From: Scyliorhinus canicula
Taxonomy: Eukaryota
NCBI RefSeq assembly: GCF_902713615.1
Contig: NC_052171.1
Coordinates: forward strand, 3,348,001-3,412,000
DNA: 64,000 nt
Direction of reading: 5' to 3'
Notes under the pieces: generated by a model
What the model saw: only the letters and a program-made list of their open reading frames with translations
The model's database searches: none
Told to the model about the DNA's origin: nothing
Position numbers and translations under genes: made by a program
Shown: piece after piece, positions 12,756-25,640 of the stretch
How positions within the stretch are numbered: the first letter of the stretch is position 1
Layout: each line of letters begins with the position of its first letter

Positions 12756-15700
12756 ACACAGTATCAGGCACGGGTGAGCCCTGCACCCGCTGTAGAGAGC
12801 CTCATGGGCACCCTCCGCTCCTGGCACTGGGCAGCTGACAGCCTTCGGACAGTCACTCTTCGGGTCCAAATCCTCCACCACACTGAGTACGGTGGGCGAC
12901 ACGGGCCCACCAACCAACCCTTGATCCCTAAATTGCCCCTTAATTGGATAAAACAAATTTAGAAGGAGAATGATATGGTTCACCGCAGGAAACCATTTGT
13001 CAAGTTATTATATGCTACTGAAACATTTTTACTTCTGTGGAACTGAAAGACCTGAGTCTTGTGATCTTGTGTAGATTGAGAACAAGTACACGAGATATAT
13101 CCCAGTAACAAAAAAAAATTGCATTTAGGAACGAAGCAAATTTTATATGGGACTTTTATTTCACCCAGTCACTGATATAACATGAGAAATGATTAATTAC
13201 AGAGGGACATAAGCCTTATTTGGTTCTGTGAATGGCGGGAATAAATGTGTGGGAAATGAAGGAATATTATACAAGAAGTGGTATCAACACATAACTATTT
13301 GCCAATAATCTTCAAAAAAAGGAGAGGGGAAAAAAAAAAAGAGTCCACCATTACCCAGACTCCCATATCTGATTATCAAATATGAAATCAAAATATGAAA
13401 GCTAGCTACGAGGATTTAGCCAAGGTACTTTCGGATTTCAGCTAATGGTATTCTGGAGTACATTTCCTTCAAATCGCTGCCAATAAATGTGAGAAGTGGA
13501 CGCCTGCTCAAAACCTTCCTGAACAACATTGTTGAAATCAGTGTACTGTGCTGTGCTTCCTCTTTGCTCCTCCTCCATACGCCTAGTTACTCATTCTGTG
13601 TGCGTAAGATGCAACAACAAGAGGCTGCCAAGAAGCTCTTCTATTTTTAAAAATGACATCTAAAAACAGCACGGCAACAGCACACTTTACGGTAGCCCTT
13701 AAATAACAAAGATGCAGCCAGTAATCCAATCATCAGCACAAAATCAGCTGCAGTTTCTGTTGCTAGCATCAGGAAGAGGGATGTGACTGAAGGCATACGT
13801 GCGATGACATGCAACAGCAGATCCCAATACAACAGGGATAACAAACAAATGAAGAAAATGGAAAACAAGTGGCCGAAACCATAGGTTTGCAACACCGCAG
13901 CACAAATATATCAAACCAAACACTGGAGAGGACGTCCAGGATAGTTTAACTTCTTAATTCACCTATGTGTCTCCTTTATCACGTAGAACTGACACAAGAT
14001 TAGGGACATTGAAGCATTGTTTGCTTTTTATTTGCAAATAGACATTATAGCCATCAAGTACGCAATTAAAAATAAATGTTCTCTGGGCGGAGAACTCCTC
14101 AGACATACTGAATACGTGACAAGGGACTGACTAATACACACCGACAAATAAATATCAATGTCCATTTTGACAAAATAGTACATGATAAAGTAATGCATAT
14201 CAACCTTCTGATTTTATTGAACTTTCAATGAACCCCAAGTTCTAGAATTACCTCCCAAAATCTCACAATCTTGGTTTCCCATTTTAAGGTGCTCCTCAAA
14301 ACCAAGCTTTGGTTATCTGATATTTCAATGTGTCCCTTGCTGTCAAATACAGCTTAATGAAGACTCCCGCAAGGTAATTTGAGAAAATTTATGTTAAAGA
14401 CATTTTATTAATACAAATTTCTGGTGTTGTTGAGAACACAAGTCTTGTGAGAAAAATTTCAAACGTTGCATTTAAAATGCTCCCTTCAAAGAGAAAACGA
14501 TTTCAAGTCCCCAAAGGTTTGACTCATATGCTGTACATCATACGCATTTGCAACATTTTGTACATCAAAACTCAAAAGCCAGACTCGAGCCCTTTCATAA
14601 TGAACTGAACCTCATCAGCGCTTGTACAATAATTTTAAAATATCACAGCATGCTGTCATTCGCAGACAGTTCTCAGTAGTGCAAAACTCCCATCAGAATA
14701 GAAAACACTGCATTGCTGAATATTTTAAATTAACTTGCAAAATGTCCATGACTTTGTCTCTTTCTTTTAGTAACTAAAGAAGCAGCACTGACCTACACCA
14801 ACAATTAAAATTTATTGACATTTCTGCTGCAAAACTAGCTTTCCATTCTGATTTTCTTTTTACAAAATTCCCCACTGATCTTATTCAAATGAACAAAAAC
14901 ATCTAAACATACTTAATTGGTTAATGTACCAGTCAGTCCCCAGATACCAGGGTCCTTGAGTTACATTCATCAGTCTATTCAATATAAAGTTACCTTATTG
15001 CAAATGTGCAGTTCTCATTTATTTTAAATAATTTAAATTATCGGCTGATTAAATGTTCTTTGTTCATCAGAAGTCTAAATGGAGATGGATCATATATAGT
15101 CCAAGTGGCAAGACTGACACCACAATTGGCTTCAGGGGTTACAGAGTGGATGGGGGTGAAAAGAAAAAGATATTAAATCACATTGGTCAGGCCTGATTCT
15201 AACAGGGCCTTCAGAAATATGGGCTTGTGCAGGCATCAGGCAAATGCCTCAACACAGGCAGTGGCTTCAAGAGGAAGAGAGAAAACTGGGTTTTTGGGGT
15301 GCAGAGAGAGGTTCAGAAGAGGAATGGAAAATTTCATTTAACAGCTAAAAGCTGCAAGAATTTACATCACCGTATGATATTGCAAATTGATGGGTTGCTT
15401 CAGCAAGCAATGCATATTTGTGGTGATAACTGCAAAACAGAACACAAGAAAACGGCATGTCATCAAGTAAAACAGTGAACAACCATATTTTATCAGGAAC
15501 AAGAGAGTGATGCATCATCGATGTTTGTCTGCTCAAAACAGAAAACGTCAGTGCTGACATTTCTACCTAACAATATTGCAGTTTCCATGCTCAAAAAAGG
15601 GTTGAAAAGAAACCTGCTCACAGATGTGTACGAAGCAGCTGAGCAGCTTGTTGGTGCACGGAATGACTCAGCTGCTCACGTTCGTTCGTTCGTTCGTTCC

Positions 15701-17249
15701 CTCCCCACAGGGAGTCAACAAGAGGGACTTGCGTGATTTCAGAGTATGAACCCACATCCTTTCTCTCTGCATCATGTGCCCTATTCAGGCAAAGAATTTT
15801 AAAGTATCACTAATGGTAGAAGATAGCTGGAGAACGAACCCTGGCCACATACCTTCCCGAGGGGTGAAACAGGATTATCATCTGAAATAAACAAAGCAAA
15901 AACTGGGCCTTCGCAAAAATGTCATCAGAGCCATTTGGAATATTGTAGCACCATCATTATCAGAAATGCCAGTCTGGTTCTGGGGATTGTAAGCCAGTAA
16001 TCAATCTGCGCGAGGAGCATAATGTTTTTTTGTGAAAGCACAACGCCTGAGAAAACAAACTTGCTTTTTCAAAAACATGACATTATTAGTTATTCTTAAA
16101 CTCAAATCTTCTTTGGACAAAGAGCATCTATGATTTGCTGCTTTGCCATGAAAGAAATAAGTCTGAATCCTGCATTGAAAGTGAAAAATATTACTGAGGT
16201 TCCAGATTTGGATAATACATTTCCAGACAAGCTAATAATTTAAAAGCTCCTGTCAATTTCAGCAATTACTTTGTACCCCTCTTTAACGAATTTGGAGCAA
16301 TCCTAGAGATGCTTCACTATGTAGAGAATCCACAAGCTCCCAGTTCCATATTATGTAACAATCTTTTTTTCTACTTTCTTAGAACACATACTATTTGATG
16401 CAGACACTTTGTTGCATTTGGAGTCCCGAACTGTATGATTTTAAAAGCTTCAGTGAGCACTAAAGGCTGAGTAAGGTTTTTTAAAAATCCAGTCTTTGGT
16501 AAAGAGCTATGTTGCAAGAGGCTTTATTTCCTCCCTCAATATTTTCTCATGGGCCAGCCATTTCATGCTGGGATACATGCAATCGTCCAGCGTCTCATCA
16601 AAATAGCCTTTTCTTAAATATGAACTCAGATAACTAAGTATCTCATGTCATTTGCAAGACGTCACTAAATAACAACATACTCAGGATGATTTGTAAAGCA
16701 GGCCACAGTCAGCCAGTGGTAGGTAGTACTCTCGACCACGTGGCTGTTTTGGTGAGAACTAGGCCAATATGGCACACAAGAGCTTCTATGCTGGTAAACA
16801 ACACCTGGCGGGGAAATCAGGAAGTGATATGTTGACATCTCGCATTCAGAGTTATCCTCCAGTCGATAAATTTTCTTAATTCAAGTTCAAGCCTCACTGG
16901 AATCAGATTTCACACATCAAATATATTTCTACAGTCGTCACTTGAATTGTTAAAATTGTTACTGTAAATACACAAAGCCTTTAATGGGCTAATTTGGAGC
17001 CAAGTACTCGCCAGAAAATCTTTTGCAAATCACAAATAAAATCGTAAAATGGACACTGAAAAGTATGGGGCGGGGGGAAATAGAACTGATTAGGGTCCAC
17101 AAATTAGGCAGAGGGTTAGCAACACGTGGTCATTGTAAAATATGACGTTGCCACAGCAGAAGGAAGGAAGGAGCAGAGAAATTGGATGGGATAAAAATGC
17201 TAAATAGGAGGTAGTTTTTTTAAAAACTGGTAGATGGGGCACATTCTGG

Positions 17250-18715
17250 GTTGCTAAGTAAACTGACGATGGAGATGGTGTATTTTATGGCCGCAATCTT
17301 TCAATTCTATTTGGATAGAACAAGAGGCCCGGAGGTTTAAAAATGTGACATGCGTGTTCAAAAAGGGATAAATCCAGCAAACGTAGGCCAATGAGCCCTT
17401 CATTAGTGGTGGGAAAAGTGTCAGAAAAGAGATCAACTGTGACTTGGAAAAACATGGATCAATAGTGACCGCTTGAAGGATTTGTTGATGTGTATATGGA
17501 CTTTCCAGTCTTTCCAAAAAAGTATCACATACAACAAAAAAACCTGTTAACAAAATTGCAACCCATGGTGTGAAAGGGAAAACTGGCAGTGCAGGGACAA
17601 AATTAATAAAGAAAGCAGAGTCACAAACAGTTGAATTTCACATTGAAAGGGATGTAGGTAGTGGTGTAGCCCAAGGGTTGGCATTAGGATTAGGGCTTTC
17701 TTTTGACACATGATAACAACCTAGACGTATATGCCAGGTATTTGGCACACAATGTCAAAGCTTGTGGATAATATGAAACTCAAAAGTACAGTTAACAGTG
17801 AGGTGGACAATGGGCTGAAGGAAGTGATAGATTGACTGGCAGGGAAGTGTCAATTGGTCCTTTTTGGAAGGAAGAAGCAGAGAAGGCATTATAAATGAAT
17901 GCTACAATGTTAACAGGAGTGCAGGAACACAGAGACTTGTGGGGGGGGTTTACCTAAACAAACCTTTCAAGGTGGCCTGACACCTGGGAAAGCGGTTTGA
18001 CCAAAAAATAATCATTCTGGATTCCTGGTTTTCCAAATACAGGAGTAGAGTACAAAAAAAACAAGCAAGTTAAGCTGCCCCTTTGGAAATGACTTGTTTA
18101 GTCTCATTCTAAAATGTTATTGGATACAATTGACAGCTGAGCCTTGGAGAGCTTGCAGAAGAGATTTGCAAAAATGGTACCAGTGATGAGGGACAGTGAT
18201 GATGGAGTGACTAGGTAAACTGAAATTGTTTTTAGAGCAGTAAATGTAAAGGGAAGACCGAATAAAGGTATTCAAAGTCTTGGGAGATTTTGACGAAGTA
18301 AATAGAGAAAACTAGTTTCCACAAGTGTGTCAGTAGCAAGATACCGAAAGAAGATATTTGGCAAAGGGATCAGAGGGGAGATGAGGAGAAAATGAAATGA
18401 AATGAAAATCGCTTATTGTCACGAGTAGGCTTCAATGAAGTTACTGTGAAAAGCCCCTAGTTGCCACATTCCGGCACCTGTCCGGGGAGGCTGGTACGAG
18501 ATTTTGGTTTGAGAGAGAGTAATGTTTAATGCACTGTTTGAAAGGGTGGTGGAAGAAGATTAACTAATTTTCAAAAGTGAGCTGGATATATTCTTGGAAA
18601 GGACAGATTTACATGACTGTGGAAAAACAGCAGAGGAATGAGTGACTAGATAGCACTTTCAAAGAGCTGGGACAGGTGATGTGGGCCGAATGGCTTCCTT
18701 CTACATCATATTAAT
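17250..18715 (+). mobile_element. Decayed CR1-clade LINE 3' portion
   Basis: Degenerate RT remnants (GV.QG..LG-like) ending in the CR1 3' motif GGGCCGAATGGCTTCCTTCT (~18683-18702). Short SINE inserted at ~18388-18498. Confidence 0.7.
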
Positions 18716-19555
18716 CTAAAAAGCAACAGCCTGCACAAAAAAAAATCTAGTTTTTTTTTAAACTTGTCAGCTAGTTACATGGTTCACAAATAAACTTTTC
18801 AATTTAACCAATTGCATCAGCAAACATCAGTTTCTGCTCATAAACATTCCTTCCCTTCCTCCCTATTTTTCCCCAAACTACAGCAGAATTACATTTCAAT
18901 TGTCTACTTGCAGATCCATCCTGATAAACATAAACATCAAAAGTGAACAAAGCAGGGATATCACCTGCCAAAAGCACTTCACCAAATAATCTCTTGAACA
19001 GCTCAGCCAGATGAGAGTTCACTTCCTCCCCAACACCCCAGTTCCACAAGAATTAAAAATATTAAAAGCTACACAGGCATCTTAATGTCTGACAGGGAAG
19101 GGGGGGACAGTTTGGGGGAGAGGCAGGGAGGAAGGAACAGAATGTATAACACCAAGTAGTAAAACTACACTGAAAGACAAGTCAGAACATAGTATTTGTA
19201 CACTAAACTTCATTTTATGTCCTCAGTCAGGAGGAGAGAGGGAGACAAGTAGTGACAGCAGCAACATGGCTGCCACTGCCCCTTTAAATCCAGTAATGTA
19301 CCTTTTTCCCTTCTCCATCCTGCCTCATCACCACCCCCTCCTCCTCCCTTCCTCCCTCTCTCCCCCCCACCACCCAGCAAAGCAAAATAAAAAGCAGCAC
19401 CAACAACCACCCTCCCTCCCTCCCTCCCTTCCAACCCTCAGCACCCATGATCTCTCCTGTCAATAACATGAAACGAGAGCTGTGTCCGGGGGGGGGGGTC
19501 TGAAAATAAGAGGGAGGGAGGGTGAGAGAGAGAGTGTGTAAAAAAAAAACACTAC

Positions 19556-20030
19556 CTGCAGGTTGTTCCATTATAGTCAGAGCCAGACAGGCTCAGCTTG
19601 ATGGGGATTCACAGGCTGAATTAATCCAGGGAGGGAGGAGGGCAGAGTGGGAGGATGCCCAGGCCGCTCGCAGTTTAATGAGGGAAGGGGGCGGAGGGAG
19701 GGGTGGATGAGGGAAGGGGGTGGATGAGGGGAAGGAGGAGGAGGAAGGCGGTGGGGAAGAGAGATTTTTTTTTTTTAACGCCGCGGTTTTGGAGCTGCCA
19801 TCGTCAGACTGGCGAGCGAGATGGCCGCCGCCTCTGGGGGCGGGATGTTTTCTGTGCTGTGTTTGAAGCTGCCGCTGGGCCTGGGCCTGCTTCGCCCCGG
19901 GCCTGCCTGCCCCGGCCTGTCTGTGTGGTGCGCGCTGGTGGGGGTTTTTTTTTTGGCCGCTTTCCCTTCCCCAGCCGCACAAAGGCCCCGGGCCGCGCGC
20001 GCTGGGCGCCCAAATCCCCGCGCTCCCATT
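19556..20030 (-). other. NSD3: Probable non-coding exon 1 of NSD3
   Basis: Lies in the CpG island upstream of NSD3 exon 2. Minus-strand donor CTGCAG|gtagtg at 19556/19555. TSS position is estimated. Confidence 0.65.
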
Positions 20031-20140
20031 GGCTGCCGGCCTCCGCGTGCGCCGCGCGGCAGCACGGGAGTTGTAGTCAGCCCCGCCGCGAGGCATGCGC
20101 AGGAGCCTCCAGCCTGTTCCCAACCCTCCAAGGATTGCCC
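19640..20140 (-). promoter_or_regulatory. CpG-island promoter of NSD3
   Basis: GC/CpG-dense segment. ZNF143/THAP11-type motif GACTACAACTCCC (minus, 20066-20078), NRF1-like GGCATGCGC (20092-20100), CCAAT box (~20027), YY1-like AGATGGCCGCC (~19819). Confidence 0.85.
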
Positions 20141-21616
20141 GGGAGTCCACTGGGACTGAACATCCAATCTTATTGGGGGGGGGGGGGGGGACCTACATTC
20201 TTTTTCTCCAACATTTTTCTTCAAACATTCCCTTGTCTGGGTATATTGAAACCCATTGGGGCGACGCAGTGGTCAGCACTGCTGCCTCACGCCGCCAGGG
20301 ACCCAGGTTCGATTCCGACCTTGTGTCACTGTCCGTGAGGAGTTTGCGCATTCTTACCATTCTACCGTGTGGGTTTCCTCTGAGTGCTCCAGTTTTCTCC
20401 CGCAGTCCAAAAATGGATTGGCTATGCTAAATTGCCCCTACATGGGATTGCGGGTATGGGGGGGGGGGGGGGGGGTGAGTGGGTCTGTATAGGGTGCTCT
20501 TCCAAAGGGTCAGTGCAGACTCGATGGGCTAAATGGCCTCACTGTCAAGATTCTATGATCATATTGAAAACATAACACATGGGAGCAGAATTAGGCCACT
20601 CGGCCCATCGCATCTGCTCCGCTAGTCAATCACGGCTGGTATTTTTTTCATCAACGTTCTCCTGCCTTCTCCCCATAACCCCTGATCCCCTATTAATCAA
20701 GAACCTATCTATCTCTGTCTTAAAGGCACAGTAATTTGGCCTCCACAGCCTTCTGCTGCAAAGAGTTCCACATGGCGAACAGCTGAGCAAAATTCAACTG
20801 TGGGCCTCAGACCCAGGTCCATTTCCATGGGTTCAAAGCCGACCATGATGAAACTGGTGAAATTTCAATGCGTGAACTTGGAATGTAAAGTCAGTCTTGG
20901 TAATTGTGATGCTACCATTGATTGTTGTGAAAACCCATCTGGTTCACTGACAGAGTCATTGGGGCTCAAAACGTAAACTCCGTTCTCTCTCCAATATGCT
21001 GTCAGACCTGCTGCGATTGTCCAGCATTTTCTGTTTTTGTTCCGTCTGTTTCACTGATGCCCTTTTGTGTCAGAACATTTGGCGTCCTTGTCTGATTGAC
21101 ATGTGACTCCATGCCCCAAAGCAATTGGGTTGACTCCTTCCCAAATGTTGGGTAAACCTAGCAGGTCGGACAGCATCACTGAATAACACTGAATTATATT
21201 TTTGATCAGCAAGGGTAATGAGGGGGGTGACGGAAAAGTGGAATGCAGGCCACAATCAGATCACCTTGGTCTTTTTGAATGGCAGAGTAGGCTCAAGGGT
21301 CGAGTGGCCAACAATTAAAAATAAGGATGAGTATTTTTAAATGAAGACTTGGCTTGGGAAAAGGGGTGATGGTTGAATGCCACTTGATACGACTAAGAAT
21401 ATAGAGAGCAGTGTTCTGGATGACCTGCAGTTCCTGGATAGTACAATGCTGGAAACCAGCCAGAACAAAGATAGCTTGCATTTATATAGCTCCTTTCATT
21501 ACATCATTGTGTTTCAAAGTCCTTCATAACTAATGAAGTACTTTGTGAAGGGCTGTCACTGTGGGAAAGTCAACAATCAATTTGCACACAGCAAGCTCCT
21601 ACAGCCAACAAAGTGA

Positions 21617-21962
21617 TCATAGAATTTACGTGCAGAAGGAGGCCATTTGGCCCATCGAGTCTGCACCAGCTCTTGGAAAGAGCACCCTACCCAAGGTCAA
21701 CACCTCCACCCTATCCCCATAACCAGGTAACCCCACCCAACACTAAGGGCAATTTTGGACACTAAGGCCAATATATCATGGCCAATCCACCTAACCTGCA
21801 CATCTTTGGACTGTGGGAGGAAACCGGAGCACCCAGAGGAAACCCACGCACACACGGGGAGGGTGTGCAGACTCCGCACAGACAGTGACCCAAGCCGGAA
21901 TCGAACCTGGGACCCTGGAGCTGTGAAGCAATTGTGCTAACCACAATGCTACCGTGCTGCCC
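21617..21962 (-). mobile_element. HE1-type SINE with CR1-derived 3' tail
   Basis: tRNA head plus tail GCAGACTCGATGGGCCAAATGGCCTCCTTCTGCAC. Similar copies at ~20258-20560, 34845-35122, 41760-42072, 43455-43765, 48790-49126, 59450-59770, 61445-61760. Confidence 0.85.
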
Positions 21963-22905
21963 GTCTGTTTTTGTGAGATCAGGTAAGGAATAAATATTGG
22001 CCCCGACAGCAGGGTAACTCACCGGGTCTACTTCAAAATAGTGTCATTGGTCTTTCAACTCCATCTGTAAAAGCAGATTAGACCTCAGTTTAAGGTCTCA
22101 TCAAAGGAGAGCACCTCAAGAGCGCAGCATTTGCACTGGAACTACCATAGAGTGTGAATCTAGATTTCTATCCTCAACACTGGATTCAGACCATTGACAC
22201 TGTCCTTCATACTGTACAATGTCACACACTGTTGCAATTCAGACGACAGTTCATGTCTATATTCATATCAGTTACATCAGGCATGGCTCAATTTGCAGCA
22301 CTCTCATCTCTGAGTTAAAAGGTTGTGGGTTCAATTACCACTGCAGGGACTTGAGTTCAAAAATCCCAGATGACATTCCAATGTCATGTTGATGGAATGC
22401 TACACCTTGTGCCATCTTACAAATAAGATATCTAGGGTGGTGCAGTGGTTAGCACTGCTGCCAACGCTGCTGAGGACCCGGATTTGATCCCAGCCCCGGG
22501 TCACTGCCCATGTGGACTTTGCACGTTCTCCCTGTGTCTGCGTGGGTTTCACCCCCACAACCCAAAGATGTGCAGGTTAGGTGGATTGGCCACACTAAAT
22601 TGCCCCTTAATTGGAAAATGATACATTTATATTTTTAAAAAACAAATGAGACATCAAACCTAGCCCTTGTCGGACATCAAACTGAGTCCTGATGGTCATA
22701 GAAGGTCATTTGATAGTAGTTCAAAGAAGATTCAGGGAATTATCTCCTCTATCCTGGTTAACATTCGTCTCTTGATCAACATCACAAAACAATACATGAT
22801 CTGGTCATTTTGAAGTCCAATCTCAGGTGACCGTTTGTGTGGAGTTTGCACTTTCTCCCCGTGCCAGGCGTGCTCAATTTTCCCCTCACAGTCCAAAAAT
22901 GTGCA

Positions 22906-23075
22906 CAGTAAGAAGTCTTACAACACCAGGTTAAAGTCCAACAGGTTTGTTTCAAACACGAGCTTTCGGAGCACTGCTCTGAAAGCTCGTGTTTGAAACA
23001 AACCTGTTGGACTTTACCTGGTGTTGTAAGACTTCTTACTGTGCTCACCCCAGTCCAACGCCGGTATCTCCACAT
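22906..23075. mobile_element. Palindromic Penelope-like (inverted pLTR) remnant inserted in a SINE
   Basis: ~70-bp inverted arms centred at 22974, plus tail CTCACCCCAGTCCAACGCCGGTATCTCCACAT. 12-bp TSD CAAAAATGTGCA at 22894-22905 and 23076-23087. Family assignment from recall. Confidence 0.75.
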
Positions 23076-23559
23076 CAAAAATGTGCAGGTTAGGTGGGTT
23101 GGCCACGCCAAATTTCCCCAATGTCCAAAGGTTAGGTAGGGTTACAGGGATAGGGTGGGGGATTGGGGCCTAGGTAGGGTGCATTTTTGGAGGTTCGGCG
23201 AAGACTCGAATGGCCTCCTGCACTGTAAGGATTCTCTGATCACGTCAGTGGTTGTTGGAGCTTGAAACACAAGACATTCAAGGTCAGGAAATGCTAAATC
23301 ATGGAGATTATTTTACAGAGAGATTCAGGAAGGAACTTGTGCCTCAGGTCACAGTGGTACTTAAACAAGGATAGGATTGGTTCTGTAAACATGTTCCTGG
23401 TGAATAGTGAGAGACAGAGAGAGGGTCAAATGTTTCAGCATACTCTCGCCAAAGAAGGTCGATGGTGAATAGGATGGCAGGAGGAGCATCCGCTGGTGGA
23501 GCAGGTTAGATATAGAAAATCAATATTATGATCAATTAACCAATATGCTGAAAGGAAAC

Positions 23560-23858
23560 AAAAAGAGAAAATGCTGGATAAATTCAGCAGGTCTGGCAGC
23601 ATCTGTGGAGACGGAAACAGAGTTAATATTTTGAGTCCATATGACCCTTCTGCAGAACTGAAGAGGGATAGAAATGTAATGAATTATATCATTGGCGAGG
23701 GGGACTGACACAAAATGCAACGTCAATGACAAAGTGGGTGCAAATGGTGCCATTAATGACTGAAGTGCTCATAATGGCATAAAGGTGAGAGCAGAATATG
23801 TTAATAGGAGATCAAAGGTTAGTGCTCAGAGAAAGTAAAACTGAAAAACAAGTGGCAG

Positions 23859-23860
<2 letters not shown>
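23560..23860 (-). mobile_element. Penelope-like terminal fragment with degenerate hammerhead motif
   Basis: Minus strand CTGCAGAAGGGTCATATGGACTCAAAATATTAACTCTG...GATGCTGCCAGACCTGCTG. Related copy on plus strand at ~20947-21045. Confidence 0.6.
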
Positions 23861-23890
<30 letters not shown>

Positions 23891-25189
23891 GGAGAAAAGT
23901 TCAGTCTAATGTTGTTGAACACAATACAGGTATTGAGTTCTTCATGAGTCTCACCCCCACAACCCAAAGATGTGCAGGCTAGGTGGATTGGCCATGCTGA
24001 ATTTCCCCTCAATTGAAAAAAAAGTGTACGCAGCCATTGCACATCTAAAGAAACAGACCACAAACAACAAAGAACATTAGAGGGATCACTCGCTGCAAGG
24101 CATATATTGATGTCCAAATTAAATTGATGCATGCTGTATTCGAGTGTTTACACCTTAAAAAGCACAATCATTTCACACACTATTTTAGAAATTCATTAAC
24201 CCTACTACTGGAAACTTTGAAGCTCTGGATGCAAAAAGTTAGGATCAAAATAACCGACAAACATCTCTGTTCTACAGTGACAAATAACAATTTCGTTTGA
24301 CTGTATAAATTAGAAAAATATACTCACTGTGATTTTTGTGTACACAGCTGTTTGTCGAAGATCCTTTGTTACGATCCCACACAGGAAGTTTCCTGCATCA
24401 AGTGGCATACTCCAGTGCCCAATATTTTAACTGGATCATCAGATCAGTTACACGCTTGCTATCATTGGTAGATTGTTCAATGTACGACTATTGTTCTTGT
24501 GGATGGGTTTAATCTGAATTGGGAGTTTGCCTAAGCCATTATACCAGAGAGCTGAGTAAAGAAAAACACATCTTCTGTCACTGCAAAAAACCTAATCCCT
24601 AGGATAACGCTGTTGGAAATTGAGAGATGGACATCCTGTTCCGGAACTTTTTTAAAAATAAATTTATAATAACAATAATCTTTATTGTCACAAGTAGATT
24701 TTCATTAACACTGCAATGAAGTTACTGTGAAAAGCCCCTAGTCGCCACATTCCGGCGCCTGTTCGGGTACACTGAGGGAGAATTCAGAATGTCCAATTCA
24801 CCCGACAAGCACGTCTTTTGGGATTTGTGGGAGGAAACCGGAGCATCCGGAGGAAACCCACGCAGATACGGGGAGAACGTGCAAACCCCACACAGACTGT
24901 GACCCAAGCCGGGATTCGAACCTGGGACCCTGGAGATGTGAAGCAACAGTGCTGCCCACTGTGCTACCGTGCCGCCCAATTTCGTGCACCAAATTTGTAC
25001 ATCTTTGGGTTGTGGTGACGAAACCCACGCGAGCATGGGGAGAATGTGCAAACTCCACACGGATAGTGACCCAGAGGCGGGATTGAACCTGGGTCCTCGG
25101 CGCCATGAGACAGCAGTGCTAACCACTGCACCACTGTGCTGCCCTATGTTCCTGAACTCATGATATGTTTTGACATCCACACTCTTTTT

Positions 25190-25640
25190 GTCAGCTGTGG
25201 CTTAGTTGGTAGCACTGTACCCTTTGAGTCAAAAGGTTGTTTGTTCAAATCTGACTCTGGGATTTGAGGAGAAAAGTCAAGGACGACACTTCTCTGCTGC
25301 ACTGAGGGAGTGCTGCTTTGCTGGAGATGCTGCCTTTCAGATGTGGCTTTGTATTCTCGTTCGGTGCCCAGGTACAATATCACAGGCCACTATTTAAAAG
25401 ATAAGCAGGGAACCTATCTCTAATATCCTGTGCAATATTTATCCGTCACTGAACATCACGCAAAAAAAATGATGTCGCCATTATCCCATTGCTCTTTTTG
25501 GGAACTTGCTGAGCGCAAATTGGTTGCTGCATTTTACGCATTACAATTGACTACGCTTAAAAGTACTTAATTGGCTGTAAAGCACTTTGGGATATCTTAA
25601 TGCAGTGAAAGGTACTTCAGAAATATAGGTCTTTATTTAT
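25190..25640 (+). mobile_element. Old SacSINE1/DeuSINE-like element
   Basis: tRNA-like head (GCTGTGGCTTAGTTGGTAGCACT), core GCACTGAGGGAGTGCTGC, tail GTAAAGCACTTTGGGA. Related decayed copies ~21470-22190 (minus) and ~22280-22800. Confidence 0.6.

Noticed and set aside
12246-12962. 238-aa ORF
   Set aside because: Built from a TG microsatellite, G tracts and repeat fragments; no domain similarity.
19522-20430. ORFs of 60-211 aa in the NSD3 CpG island
   Set aside because: Expected from stop-poor GC-rich DNA; low complexity.
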